Source: a virus
Lineage: Duplodnaviria; Caudoviricetes
IMG/VR virus record: IMGVR_UViG_3300032275_000001
Coordinates: 45,995 to 109,994 of that record
DNA: 64,000 nucleotides
Strand: one strand, 5' to 3'
The number at the start of each line of letters is the position of its first letter. Position 1 is the stretch's first letter. The position numbers and the translations under genes were made by a program. Under the pieces are notes generated by a model. That model was not told the DNA's origin, did no database searches, and was given only the letters and a program-made list of their open reading frames with translations. Below are positions 27,432 through 39,800 of this stretch, in pieces.

Positions 27432-30400
27432 AGTTAGTAATACAGGGTATAAAAAAAATTCTAAAGATAAGAATAATGATTACAACATTATTCCTACTAA
27501 CAGAATTACTATGAAAGATGTTGATTTTCCAGTTTTAGGAATATCTGATAAGAATGATGTAAGAGTAATGTATCCAGGAGAAGAACATTTATTTGATGGA
27601 ACTTCTGTTTTAGAATATCGTATGGCAAAAAATGGAATTAATCAACAAGATCAAAAAGTTGATGAACAATTAAAACAATTAACTGATTTTTCTAACAATA
27701 GTTTAAAGGTTGGTGGAAATATTAAAAAATCAAATAACATGAAATCACAGATCCTTAAAATTGCTGGTGTTAAATCTGAAAAAGAATTTTATTCTAAATA
27801 TCCTTCAGAGAAAGCATTTATGAAAATACATGGTAAAGAGTTTAAGAAAGCTCAAACTGGTGCTGCAATTAATGCATCACAAGTACATCAACCAGCTTTT
27901 AAACCTTTAAGTTATCAAGATCAATTTGATGATGTTGACAAAATGTTAACAGGTTCAACAGCTGCACAAAGACAAGAGCTTGCACTTAAACAACAAGCTG
28001 CTTCAAAAGATAGTGGTGGTGGTGGATTTGACATTGCTGGTCTTATGAAGTTAGCTGGTGGTGCTATGCAAGGTGGTGGAATGGGTGATATGGGTGGTGC
28101 TGGAGCTGCTGCTGGAGCAAGTTCAGTGGCAGCAGCAGCAAGATATGGGAGAGATATTCCTAAAGCTCAAAATGGAACAGCTGCTTGGTATTCACAAAAT
28201 CCTCCAGGAGGAGCAACTAATTATGGACAAGTACAACCTGCAAATCAATTAAAATCTGTAGGTTCTACAAATCCTTTAGCTACTGGTGGCATAGGAGGAT
28301 TTGATATTTCTAAATTAGGTCCTCAAGGAGTTGGTTCAATGGGTGGTGATACTTTATCTAAAATTGGAGGACAAGTAAGTCAATTTGCAGGACCAGTTGG
28401 AGATGTTATTAGTGGTATTGGAGAATTGAAAAAAGAAAAAGAAGCAAGAAAAGCTGCTGAAGCAGCAAGAGATGTAAGTAAAGTATCTCTTAAAGCAGCA
28501 ACAAGTGTTGATGTAGATGCAAGAAGACAACAATCTGAAAACATAGCTAAGCAAAGAGAAGCACAGATGCCAGTTAATACAGGAGAAGAATTCTTTCCTA
28601 TATATGGTGTAGGTACAAATGTTCTTGCTAGAAATGGTATGATGTTACAAGGTGGTGGAGAAATACAAAATACATTTGCTCCAAATGATATATACATGGA
28701 TAGTGGATATGAACCATTGAATGATAGTAATGTGAAACAATATTATCAAGGTGGAAGATTACATCAAATGCAAGATGGTGGAGCTGCAAATTCTCAAAAT
28801 TATTACAATCAAATAATAGGTGCAGGTAAATCTACAGGTATAATTTCAGGAGGAGATGCTGCTGGTGCTGCTGGTGGAGGAACTCCATGGGGAGCTATAT
28901 CAAGCAAAGCTACAGGTATAGGACAAGAGTTGATGGGTGGTCAAAATGCTGGTGGTAAACTTGGTGGTACAATAGGAGGAGGAATTGGTACAGCTATTGG
29001 AGGACCTATAGGTGGAGCTATTGGTAACTTTGTTGGAGGATTAGCTGGTAATGCTTTAGATACTAATGCTAAAAAAATGAAGAAAGCACAAGATGCTACA
29101 CAAAGAAACATGCAAGGAATGGCTAATGCTAATATGGCTAAAGGTATTCAAGCACAGAACCAATCTTTTATGAAAGATGGTGGATGGGTTTCTAATGATT
29201 GGACTCCACAAGTTATAGCTTCATTTGGTGGTCTTGATGAACAAGAAGTTTATGACTATGCACATGAAGGAATGGATACACTAAGAGCTGGTGGACATCT
29301 AAGAGATTACACACCTCCTAGTGATAGAGCTATGGAAACTTATGAAGATGGTGGTGAGATTCAATCTTATGGACTAGGTGGAGAGTTACAAACACATTGG
29401 GGTGGAGGAGCTGAAACTATTTCACGTAATCCTTACTTACCTGGTACAGGAGAAACAATTATGTTTAGAGGAAAGAGTCATGAAGAATATTCTCCTAATG
29501 GAGAAACAGGAATTGGTGTAACATATGGTGGTAACCCAGTAGAAGTAGAAAGAGGAGAACCTATGGTAGAGTTAGAAGAGGGTGGTACAATAGATCCTGA
29601 AACAGGAGAAGTTCAAAAATCAGGAGTGGTGTTCGGTAACTTACAAATACCTAATCAATATATAGATATGCTAGGAGATAAAAATGCTAAAGGTAAAAAG
29701 TTTAAAAACTATGTAGCTGATCTATCTAAGATAGAAGAGAAACAAAACAGTATTATAGATAAATCATCTAAAGAACTTAATGCTCTTGATCCTATAAACT
29801 CTTTTGATAAGTTAAAGCTTACAGCATTGCAAGCTAACATACAAGGAGCTAATATGAAACTTAAAGATGTAGCTGATAAAAAGATAAACGCAGCTTCTCT
29901 TCAGAATGCTATCAATGATACAGCAGAAGAACGTGGATTAGTTGCTGATGATCTTGCTAGAGGTAAAGCTAAGGTGGACAAAGAAGCTCAAAAACAATCT
30001 GCTAAGTTTGGTGGTAAGTTTGCACAAGCACAAGATGGAGATTGGTATGCTAATAATTCTCCAGCAGGTTCAATGGATTATGGGGAACAATTATCAGATT
30101 GGGATCAAGGAGAACTTCCTGAATTAGTAATTCCTGCAAAAAGAAAACCATTTGGAATACCTAGTGGTATATTTGATGTAAAAGGTAAAATAGATAGTCC
30201 AACACCTGATGAATTAATTCAAGATATAAAATTAGCTAAGAAATTTAAAAAAGATAAACATCGTGCTTCTGATGAAGAATCTGAAGATAAGTTTGATTGG
30301 ATGAATATGGTTAATGCAATACTTCCTACCATTAGACCAAGTGATGCAGAAGATTTAGATACAGCTCAGTTATATCCAGAAATGTTTGCTATGGCTACTA

Positions 30401-31053
30401 ACCAAGTGGCTCCTGTACAAGCACAAACATATCAACCTGATTTAGGAACTCCTTATGATATATCATATCAAGATCAATTGAATGCTAACCAAGCAGATTA
30501 TAGAGCAGCACAAAGAATGATGGGTTACAATCCAGCAGCTCAAGCTAATCTAAATGCACAGAAGTATCAAGCTAATCAATCTGTATTAGCTGATCAGTTC
30601 AGAGCTAATCAAGCAATGAAAGATAAAGTGTATGGTGAGAATAGAAATATGCTTAATCAAGCTAAGCTTACTAACCTAGGTATATTTGATAAGCAATACG
30701 AAAGACAAACAGAAGCATTAGCTAATACAAAAGCTACAACACAAGCTGCTTTGAATTCTATATCTGACAAGTATGCTAAGAATAAATTAGAGAACAGAGA
30801 GTTGAAAACATATGAGAATATGTACAACTATAGATTTGGTCCTAACTTCAGAGCACAGAATATGAATCCTTTAGCACAGTTTGATACAGATTATAAAGGA
30901 GCTTCTGCTGAAGAACTTGATGCTATGTCAGCTTATAAAAAAGCATTAGCTAAGAGAGAAGCTGCTGAAGAAAAGAAAAAGAAACCTTCATTAGCTGGAG
31001 AAAGCATTGCTAAAAGAAATGGTTCTATCGTAAAATCTTACAAGAATATATAA
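27421..31053 (+). CDS. Putative ejected (cargo) protein with glycine-zipper membrane segments; probable second start at 27739
   Basis: GGTIGGGIGTAIGGPIGGAIGNFVGGLAG segment, 'GKSHE..G....VEVERGE' motif and Gln/Ala-rich coiled coils. Confidence 0.65.
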   Translation: MKGKVSNTGYKKNSKDKNNDYNIIPTNRITMKDVDFPVLGISDKNDVRVMYPGEEHLFDGTSVLEYRMAKNGINQQDQKVDEQLKQLTDFSNNSLKVGGNIKKSNNMKSQILKIAGVKSEKEFYSKYPSEKAFMKIHGKEFKKAQTGAAINASQVHQPAFKPLSYQDQFDDVDKMLTGSTAAQRQELALKQQAASKDSGGGGFDIAGLMKLAGGAMQGGGMGDMGGAGAAAGASSVAAAARYGRDIPKAQNGTAAWYSQNPPGGATNYGQVQPANQLKSVGSTNPLATGGIGGFDISKLGPQGVGSMGGDTLSKIGGQVSQFAGPVGDVISGIGELKKEKEARKAAEAARDVSKVSLKAATSVDVDARRQQSENIAKQREAQMPVNTGEEFFPIYGVGTNVLARNGMMLQGGGEIQNTFAPNDIYMDSGYEPLNDSNVKQYYQGGRLHQMQDGGAANSQNYYNQIIGAGKSTGIISGGDAAGAAGGGTPWGAISSKATGIGQELMGGQNAGGKLGGTIGGGIGTAIGGPIGGAIGNFVGGLAGNALDTNAKKMKKAQDATQRNMQGMANANMAKGIQAQNQSFMKDGGWVSNDWTPQVIASFGGLDEQEVYDYAHEGMDTLRAGGHLRDYTPPSDRAMETYEDGGEIQSYGLGGELQTHWGGGAETISRNPYLPGTGETIMFRGKSHEEYSPNGETGIGVTYGGNPVEVERGEPMVELEEGGTIDPETGEVQKSGVVFGNLQIPNQYIDMLGDKNAKGKKFKNYVADLSKIEEKQNSIIDKSSKELNALDPINSFDKLKLTALQANIQGANMKLKDVADKKINAASLQNAINDTAEERGLVADDLARGKAKVDKEAQKQSAKFGGKFAQAQDGDWYANNSPAGSMDYGEQLSDWDQGELPELVIPAKRKPFGIPSGIFDVKGKIDSPTPDELIQDIKLAKKFKKDKHRASDEESEDKFDWMNMVNAILPTIRPSDAEDLDTAQLYPEMFAMATNQVAPVQAQTYQPDLGTPYDISYQDQLNANQADYRAAQRMMGYNPAAQANLNAQKYQANQSVLADQFRANQAMKDKVYGENRNMLNQAKLTNLGIFDKQYERQTEALANTKATTQAALNSISDKYAKNKLENRELKTYENMYNYRFGPNFRAQNMNPLAQFDTDYKGASAEELDAMSAYKKALAKREAAEEKKKKPSLAGESIAKRNGSIVKSYKNI

Positions 31054-31125
31054 CTAAACTCATTATAAAAAATTACTACAAAATGTTATTAAATTTTGAT
31101 AGTATAATAATTTAAATTAAATTTG
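31050..31125 (+). promoter_or_regulatory. Bacteroidota consensus promoter with upstream ATAAC-N7-ATTAT box
   Basis: ATAACTAAACTCATTAT 31050-31066, TTTG 31095-31098, TAAATTTG 31118-31125. Confidence 0.7.
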
Positions 31126-31162
31126 CTAATCTACATATTTATATGTATTAAAATAACAGACT

Positions 31163-33880
31163 ATGGCTTCATGGGCAGATAAAATACCAACTTTCAATCC
31201 TTATGTTCAACAGTTACCAGTGGAAGCAATGGTAAAGGTTGGTATGGCTAAACAGCAACAGTATGAAGAGGGAGTACAAAAGATACAGACAAGTATTGAT
31301 AATGTTGCAGGACTTGATGTTGTTTCAGAGGTAGATAAAAAATACTTACAATCTAAACTTAACTCATTAGGTAATAACTTAAAATTAGTGGCTGCTGGGG
31401 ATTTTTCTAATTTCCAGTTGGTCAACTCTGTTTCTGGTATGGCTAAGCAAATTACTAAAGATGAGAATGTAATCAATGCTGTAAGTTCTACATCAAGAAT
31501 AAGAAAAGAACAAAAGATATTAGAAGAAGCTGAAGCAGCAGGTAAATCATCTATACAGAACAGAGCTAAGTTTGAAGATGGTGTAAATCAATACATCAAT
31601 AAGAAAGACATAAAGCAATCTTATAATGATAGATACACTCAGTATACTAACATAGATAAAAAACTTAGAGACGTAGCTGATAAAATACATGAATCAGATA
31701 CATCATATGATAATCCATTTCAAAGAGATACCTCTGGCAACACTCTTTATTTTTATAAAGATGCAAGTGGTAAAGAAGTGGCTACTACTGATTCTTCAAA
31801 AGGTTCACCTAAACAAGATGCAGCAATGTTAAGTGTTGGATCAAAAGCAAAATCTGCACAGAAGATATTAAATACTTTCTATGACACACTCACTCCTGAT
31901 GATATAGAACAATTAAAGATTGATGGATGGTATCATTATAAAGGTAAAGATGTAGATACATTTAAACAAGATGTGGTATCAAACTATAATAAAACTAAAT
32001 CAATTGTAACTAATGGAGTTACTGAAATGGCTCTAGAACTACAGACCAACAACAAACTTACTCCTGCTCAAAGAGCTCAATATCAAGCTGACATAGATGA
32101 TGCTAATGCAAAACTTGCTGATGGTAGTTTAGAAAAAGCTAGAGACAAAGAGATTTTAGATTTAGAAAGCATTACAGATTTTGAAGGGTATAAAGAAAAA
32201 TTATATACACAGAAGACATTAACTAATCTTGCAGCTGACTTAGCTTATGATGATAAGAAGCTTGAGTTAAAAACTAATCCGTACGAACAAGCTAATGATA
32301 GAAGATTACAACTAAACTTAGCATATAGTAATGCTGCTAGAGGACAAAGTAATTGGGAAAGAGATTTTGCTAGAGACAATGCTCATTGGCAATATGAACA
32401 AGATGCAAAAGCTAAGGAAGAAACAGCAAAAAAACAAAGAGATACTTTTGGAGCAATTGATCCAGGAGCAATATCTACAAATGTAGATGTGCCATCACTA
32501 TCAAAATTAGGAGGGGAAATAAATCTACTAATAGGAAAAAGAGATTCTTCTGGTAGAATTATTATTGAAGGAGAATTAGACAGATTAAATCTAAGTGCAT
32601 TTTCTACTATACCAGGAGGTGATAAAATGTCAAATAAACAAAAGGAAGATTACTTAACAAAGTTAACTGATAAATATTTAAAGAATCCTGGTTCAATTTC
32701 TGATGTTACTAATAATCCTGGATTAAGAAAGTATTTAGAATCTAGGAGAGAACTACAAATAAAAGTTGCGTTAAAACAAAAACTATATAATACTACAAAC
32801 AAATTAACACAAGGACTTGATGCAGATCTTCAAGGTTTAATAAAGTCTCAAAAAGGTATTGTTGATAAGAATGGAAGAGAATTATATTCTGCAAAAGAAT
32901 TATTTGATGTAAATAATGCATTGCAAAAATTTCATAAACTTGTACCACAATCTGGTGGTGGAAAACCAGTTATAAGTTTTGACAAACAAGCAGCAATGAA
33001 TAATTTCAAAGGAACTAAATATCAGAATATTGCAAATGCATATATTAAACAACAAGAACTTATACAAAAAGGTTCTTTACATTCTGAACCTTTATCATAT
33101 TCAGACAGAATAATACTTGACCAGACTAATAAAATAAAATCAAGAGTGACACCTGTTGCTTCTGAAATAAATAATAAAAAACTAACAATTCAATCTGACT
33201 TCCTAGCTAAAAATGATCCTGAGAGACAAACACAAGTTGGTACTTTTAATACAGGAGTTAAAGGAACACGAGATAGAATTGCAGGATTTATTGGAAATGA
33301 ATTAGTTAATCAAAAATTATTAGGAGAGTTTGATTCTGATAAATTAGAGGATGCTTCAGTAGAAACTATTAAAAAAATGTTAAAGACTTCTGGAACTTTA
33401 TATTCAATGGTTAAGAAGTTTGATGGCTCTGCAGATATGATTATTGAAGGTGCTGAGGGTAGACAAGTTTTACATGTTAGTGCTAGTAAGGTGAATAGAC
33501 ATTTTCCAGAAATAGCAAAAGTTAATCCTTTGAATGCTGCAAAATATGCAATTCAAAGTTCTCCTAATCGTACTACAAATTTATTTACTGGTAGTGGAGA
33601 AGGTGGTGCAGTTAACTCTATGTTTAGTGGTTTTGACTTACCATTATTAAGTAATTCTCAGGTAGCACCAAGAGTTAGATTTGATATAGAAGGTAGCCCT
33701 GATAATGATGGTAGTAATCTAGATGAGTTTACATTAAAAATGTATGTACAACCAAAAGGTAGCAATACGTGGGTTAAAGGATATATGAATCAAAACTATG
33801 TATCATTAGCAGGAATACAAGAGACTATAAATAATATAGGGGATACTACTATTGATTCTTTTTTAACAAAAAATAAATAA
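31163..33880 (+). CDS. Putative ejected (cargo) protein preceding the virion RNA polymerase
   Basis: 905 aa, helical, N-terminal 'FNPYVQQLP'; synteny. Confidence 0.6.
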   Translation: MASWADKIPTFNPYVQQLPVEAMVKVGMAKQQQYEEGVQKIQTSIDNVAGLDVVSEVDKKYLQSKLNSLGNNLKLVAAGDFSNFQLVNSVSGMAKQITKDENVINAVSSTSRIRKEQKILEEAEAAGKSSIQNRAKFEDGVNQYINKKDIKQSYNDRYTQYTNIDKKLRDVADKIHESDTSYDNPFQRDTSGNTLYFYKDASGKEVATTDSSKGSPKQDAAMLSVGSKAKSAQKILNTFYDTLTPDDIEQLKIDGWYHYKGKDVDTFKQDVVSNYNKTKSIVTNGVTEMALELQTNNKLTPAQRAQYQADIDDANAKLADGSLEKARDKEILDLESITDFEGYKEKLYTQKTLTNLAADLAYDDKKLELKTNPYEQANDRRLQLNLAYSNAARGQSNWERDFARDNAHWQYEQDAKAKEETAKKQRDTFGAIDPGAISTNVDVPSLSKLGGEINLLIGKRDSSGRIIIEGELDRLNLSAFSTIPGGDKMSNKQKEDYLTKLTDKYLKNPGSISDVTNNPGLRKYLESRRELQIKVALKQKLYNTTNKLTQGLDADLQGLIKSQKGIVDKNGRELYSAKELFDVNNALQKFHKLVPQSGGGKPVISFDKQAAMNNFKGTKYQNIANAYIKQQELIQKGSLHSEPLSYSDRIILDQTNKIKSRVTPVASEINNKKLTIQSDFLAKNDPERQTQVGTFNTGVKGTRDRIAGFIGNELVNQKLLGEFDSDKLEDASVETIKKMLKTSGTLYSMVKKFDGSADMIIEGAEGRQVLHVSASKVNRHFPEIAKVNPLNAAKYAIQSSPNRTTNLFTGSGEGGAVNSMFSGFDLPLLSNSQVAPRVRFDIEGSPDNDGSNLDEFTLKMYVQPKGSNTWVKGYMNQNYVSLAGIQETINNIGDTTIDSFLTKNK

Positions 33881-33885
33881 AAATT

Positions 33886-36800
33886 ATGCCAATTTTTGAT
33901 AATGAACTTATAGATAATACTTCTAATAGAAACTATGAGAAACCTAAGGTGGATCTTAGGTCAATTGTTTTACCAGAAGTTGATACTAATCCTAACATGG
34001 GTGGATTTGAAAGTTATAATCAAGTTCCAGCTAAAAGAGGACTCACTGTAGATGAGATATCAGAAATGAGTAGAGGTGTAAGAGGCTCTACTGGTTGGGA
34101 TTCTCCTATTGAGTTAGTTTCTAAAGGTGAATTATTATCAAATAAACGTTATCCAATGTTTCAAAGAGATGTAGATCTTGAGAACATATATGGATTACAA
34201 CAATCTTGGTACAGTAAACTTGGACGCAGTCTTGTTAAAACAGGAATAACTGCAGCAGGTACATTTGCACAATCTCTTACTGATATTCCTAACACAGTGT
34301 CTGCTATAAAAAGTGGTAATATCTCTAAACTTTCTGGAGATCCAAATGGATACGAAGGTAGTATAGATAGTTGGATGAAGAATATGGAAGATGCCATTCC
34401 TAATTATATGACAAGGGAAGAAAAAGCTCATCCATATTTAGCAATGATTCCATTTGCTCCAGGATCTGCAAACTTCTGGGGAGAATCAGTTCTTAAAAAC
34501 TTAGGATTTACAGCTGGTGCAATTGCTGGAGCAGCTTTACAAGATGTTGCAATAGGTGCAATTACAGGAGGAATAGGAGAAGTTCCATTAGTAGCTAATC
34601 AAATTGGTAAAGCTGCTCTATGGCTTAATAAACTTGCAGGAGGAACTAATAAAATTGACACTGTTTTAGACTTAGCAAAAGGCTTAGGTAAAACAGAACA
34701 ACAACTTTTAAAAATTGAAAAGTTAGGAAACTTAGCACAGTCTACTAAAGTTTTGAATGGTGCAAGATATGGTGTTATTACTTGGGGAGCTGCACAAACA
34801 GAAGCAGGTGTTGAATCTAGAGATGGATACAGACATGTCAAAGAAGAGCTTATAAAAGAATATAAAATACAAAATTATAATGAAGAACCTAGCGGTGATG
34901 CTTTAGCTGAAATAGAAAACTATGCTACTAATGCAATGAATACTAGATTTGGTATTAACATGGCATTACTAACTGTATCAAATGCTGTGCAGTTTGGAAA
35001 TTTATTTAAATCATTCACTACAGCACAAAAAGGTATTACAGGAACTCTTGCAAAAGAACTTGGAACTGCTGGTAAAATAGGTCTTAAAGAAGGAAGCATT
35101 GATGTATTTGAAAAGAAAGCTGCAACTGGTCTTGGTGGTAGAATATGGGACTCTGTTAAACCTAAGCTAGCTAATGTATTATCTGAAGGTGTATATGAAG
35201 AAGGTGGACAGTTTGCTGCTGAAAGAGGAACATATGATTACTATACAAGAAAATATAAAAACCTTAGCAATCCAAATAATAAAAAGAACTGGGATGACTT
35301 AAATGAGATTACTAGTTCTACTACTTATGGATTATCTGAACAGTTCAATACTACTGAAGGTGTTAACAATATGATTGTTGGAGGTATCACTGCAATGTTA
35401 ACAGGTAGTGCTCAACAATTCTATGATTATAAAAAAGGAAATGGTGCAGACAAACGTTTAGACTCTTCTATTAATGCACTTAATAGATATGGATTAACTG
35501 GTATTCTTTCTGATAAATATGATAATACATTAAGCTCTATGGCTATTGCAAAAGAAATGCAAGCTGCAGCTGATAGTGGAAATATATTTAAATATAAAAA
35601 CTTAAAGCATGATATGTTTTTCAATTATGTACAATCTCGTATTCCATCAGGAATGCATGATGTAACAATTGAACAATTAAATATGTTGAAAGATCTTAAC
35701 AAAGAAGATTTTGAAAAGTCTTTTGGTATGGACTTCAATGCATCTAATCAAAATACAGTTGCTGGATATGTAGATTCTTTGATTGAAAAAGCTAATTATA
35801 TTAAATCAACTACAGAAGCTATTGATGGTACATTCAAAAATCCATTTGCATACAATGTAGATCCAAAGAATGAAGAAGAAGCTACTGAATCTTTTAATCA
35901 TGCTACATTTGAAAATTGGAAAAAAGATCTTACATACTATGGAACAGTTAAAGATGATGTAAATGATAGACTTGAATCTATAGAAGAAAAAGTGATTGCA
36001 TCCAATCCACTTGTTAATAATGACATACTAGCTAAAGTTACAGATAAGGATTCATTAACTGAACTATCTAGATCTTATGAAGAACAAGCTAATATATTAA
36101 ATGGAACTATTAATGAGAATACTACCACTGCTGATAGAAAAGCTATAAGAGAGCAAGTAAAAGCTTTACGTACAAGTTCTGAAAAGATTAACCTAGCTTT
36201 AAACAATGGTAATCTAGATTTAAAAACATTCAATTCAATATTGAACTTTGAATTGAACAATCAAGATGGTAAGAAAGATGATGTTGTAGGTTTTGAAAAT
36301 GCAACAGAATTATTTAACTATGGTGCAGATATCAATAGGTTAAACAATCTTAAAAAGAATTCTTCAGAAATATTTGATAACCTAGCTACAGAAAAAGGGT
36401 TTAATAAATATTTCAAACAAGCAGAAGATATTGCTAAAGAAGAAGTTCCTTTAGAAGATTTAGAAAAAGCAGAAACTTCTTTTACATTTGTGAACAAAGA
36501 GAAAGTAAAAGAACCATTACAAGTTGATAGAGAGTATGAAATAAAAGCTACAAAGAAAGCATCCATCAAGAAACTTGCTGATGATAGATATCAAGTAACA
36601 AGTCCTGATGGCACTGTATCATTTCATAAAACTAAAGAAGAAGCTGCTGAAGAGGCAAAAGATCTAACTGATGAGAGCACTAACCTATCTAAAGTGAAGG
36701 TGTTAGCTTTGAACGAAGATGGTACAGTTAAGGTGGAAGATGTGAATGGTGATATATTGAATATTGATTCTAAAAGATTAAGTGGTTATAAGAAACTTGA

Positions 36801-39800
36801 AACAGATCAAGAGAAACTATTAAAGAATAAAGAACAGTTAACTAAAGAACAGGCTGATATAGAAAACAATTCTGGTACAGTGGTTATTACTACAGATACT
36901 TCTTTCACTCCTATGGATGAAGCAGGTGCTATTGTTGATGCTAATATATTTTTTCAATCAGGTACAACTGAATCAGAAGATTATAATGATCCTACATTAT
37001 CTGCACAACATGTAAAAAACTCAAGAGAGTTCTTGAATAACATAGACTTATTACCTAACAAAGGTAGCATGAGAGCTATTCTTGTGACTCCAGGTCAAGA
37101 AAAATTAGTAGGACTAGAAGGACTTGCTAAGTTATCATATGGTAGTTATGATATGTCTAACATATTAGATGTTGAGAATGGATTCATAGGTCAAGTGTTT
37201 ATTGTACAAGAGGGTGGTAAATCTTATTTTATTGATAAGACTGGTACACAACTAGGAGAAGTTGGTAAGCAATTGAGTGAGGAAGATATGAAGAAAGTTA
37301 TCTTCCAAACAATGCGTACTACCAAGACTACTGATAGTAAAGGTAACCCACGTTTCAGAGGAAAGCAACAAGAATTATTTGAAGCATATAAAAAAGAATA
37401 TATTAAGTTCAGAGAAGACTTAATTGCTAATCAGGATCAAATGCCTGCACCTTTTGAATTCACTGTATCTAGAGGTATTCCAAAAGAGAACACTAATCCA
37501 GATGGTACTAAAGAAAGAAATCATGTAGGAGGTATTCTTATTGGTAAAGATAAGATAGGCTCCCAAGAGAATCTAATTGTTATACCAACAACAGGAAGTA
37601 TATTCCATAATGGACAAAGTATAAAGTTTCCTGATGGTACACCTGTGTTACAATATGGTTCTACATTACAATTCTTAAACAACAAGAAGTTTAATACTAA
37701 AGAAGCATCCACTATATTTCAAGTGGTAAAAGCTTTTGCTGCAGATACTCTTGCTCAATCTGAATCAGGAGCTCCTATCAGACTTAACAGAGACTACAGT
37801 GATTACTTACAGAATGTTTTATATTGGAGAGTTGGTCAAACAAAGACTAACAATCAAATAAACATTAATACAACCGCAATGACTATTCAGATAGGAGGAA
37901 AAGAATACTCTATGTCTGAAATAGCAAATAATGAAAAAGAGATAGTTGATAACTTGAAAGAGGCTTTCAATGCAATTAATAATACTACACTTACTAAAAA
38001 GTTTGATGAGGAGTTCTTGGAATATACATTAGATAAGAATGGAGACTTAAACAAAGAACCAATTGAATGGAAGAACTATCAAACATATTTACTATCAGAT
38101 AAGAATCCTGATGGATCTGCAAGATCAATAGATAGTACACCATTAACAACATCTGTAGCTGCACCAACTGCAGACATTCCTTATTCATTCAAACAAAGAT
38201 ATGCTACAATAGAGAGTATGGGATTGTTTATTTCTACTCCTACAGTTGAAGCTAAAGCTGCTGAACCATCAGCACCTGGTGTTGAGAAGATAGGAGAATA
38301 TACTATTGGTAACGATACACCAAATACATATAAATTATCTGGAGATCGTCCTGTAATCTTTACAGCAGAAATAGATGAGAATGGTAAAGTGTCTGTGCAA
38401 ATAGAAAGTAATGAGACAACAAAAGCTATAGCAACAAACAAAACTGCTGATGGTAAAAAAGTTGTTGATGAAGTTATTATTCCTGCACTTAAAACTATTG
38501 CATTAGAGAATGAGCAAGAGTTCGATCTTTTAAAAACTGATGAGGAATATGTATTTGATTATTTAGGAAACACTATTGCTAGTGATTTACAGAATAAAAA
38601 AGATGCAGCTGTGGCTCCTGAAGAGGCTCCTGTAGTAGAAGAAACAGTTGTTGAAGAAGCTCCTGTTGTTGAAGAAGAGAAAAAAGAAATACCTACAGGT
38701 GCAGATAGATTTAGTGGAGGACCTGCTAATCTTCCTGGATACAGAGCTGTTGGTGCGGATGGTAATGAAAGAATGACTGATGCTGAGCTTCAATTATTCA
38801 AAGCATGGCATGCAGAAAATGTTCCAACTATTCCTTATGAAGTGGTGGATACTCTTATCACTATGCATAATGGTGAGAAAGCTTGGGGTGCATTTGAAGA
38901 TGGTGTAGCTAAATTTGTAAGAGGTGGATTAAGAGGTACAGAGTATCACGAGATCTTTGAAGGTATATATAAAGGAATGTTATCTCCTGAAGAACAACAA
39001 GAATTGCTTGATGAGTTTAAATCTAATCAAGGTGTATTTACAGATAGACAATCTGGTAAAAAGATAAACTATGCAGATGCTACAGATCTTCAAGCTAAAG
39101 AAAGAATAGCAGATGACTTTGCTGATTTTAGAAAAGGAAAGCTTCCAGCTAGATCATTAGGAGAAGCTATACGTAATTTATTTTCTAGAATACTAAACTT
39201 CTTTAAATCATTTGTAACCAATCCTTCATTGAAAGAAGATTTGTTCAGAGCAATTGATACAGGTAAGTTTAAAGAAAGAACATTATCACCCACTGTATTT
39301 AATGAAGCTGCTGAATATAGAGCTGTAGAAGGATTAACTGAACAACAAACAAGAGAGTTTGTTCAAGATATGACAGCTAGAGCTGCAGGTATATTATATA
39401 GTGAAGGAGAGAAAGGTTTATTGTTTTCTCCTGATGGAATCACTAGTGGTTCTATGTATAGTAAAATAAAAGCACAATACAGTAATGAGTATTACGCTAA
39501 TGGTTTCAGTAAAATGGAATTGTTAGGAGATGTTGCATGGGATGAACTTAAAGAAAAAACAACACTTTCATTACGTACATTAGGTATAAGTTTTAATGAA
39601 GAAGATAAAGTTAGCATTAATGATGAAGAAGCAAATAAAAATGATTATGCTCCAGAACCTTTCTCAACAGATTGGAAAAAGAATTCTACAGGAGCTATTA
39701 AGTTCTCATTAGCTACATTATTAGAAGTACAAGCAACTAATCAAGAGAATTCTCTTTCATTTAAACTACCTGCTCCTAAAGTATCTAGTGTAGTAGGATT

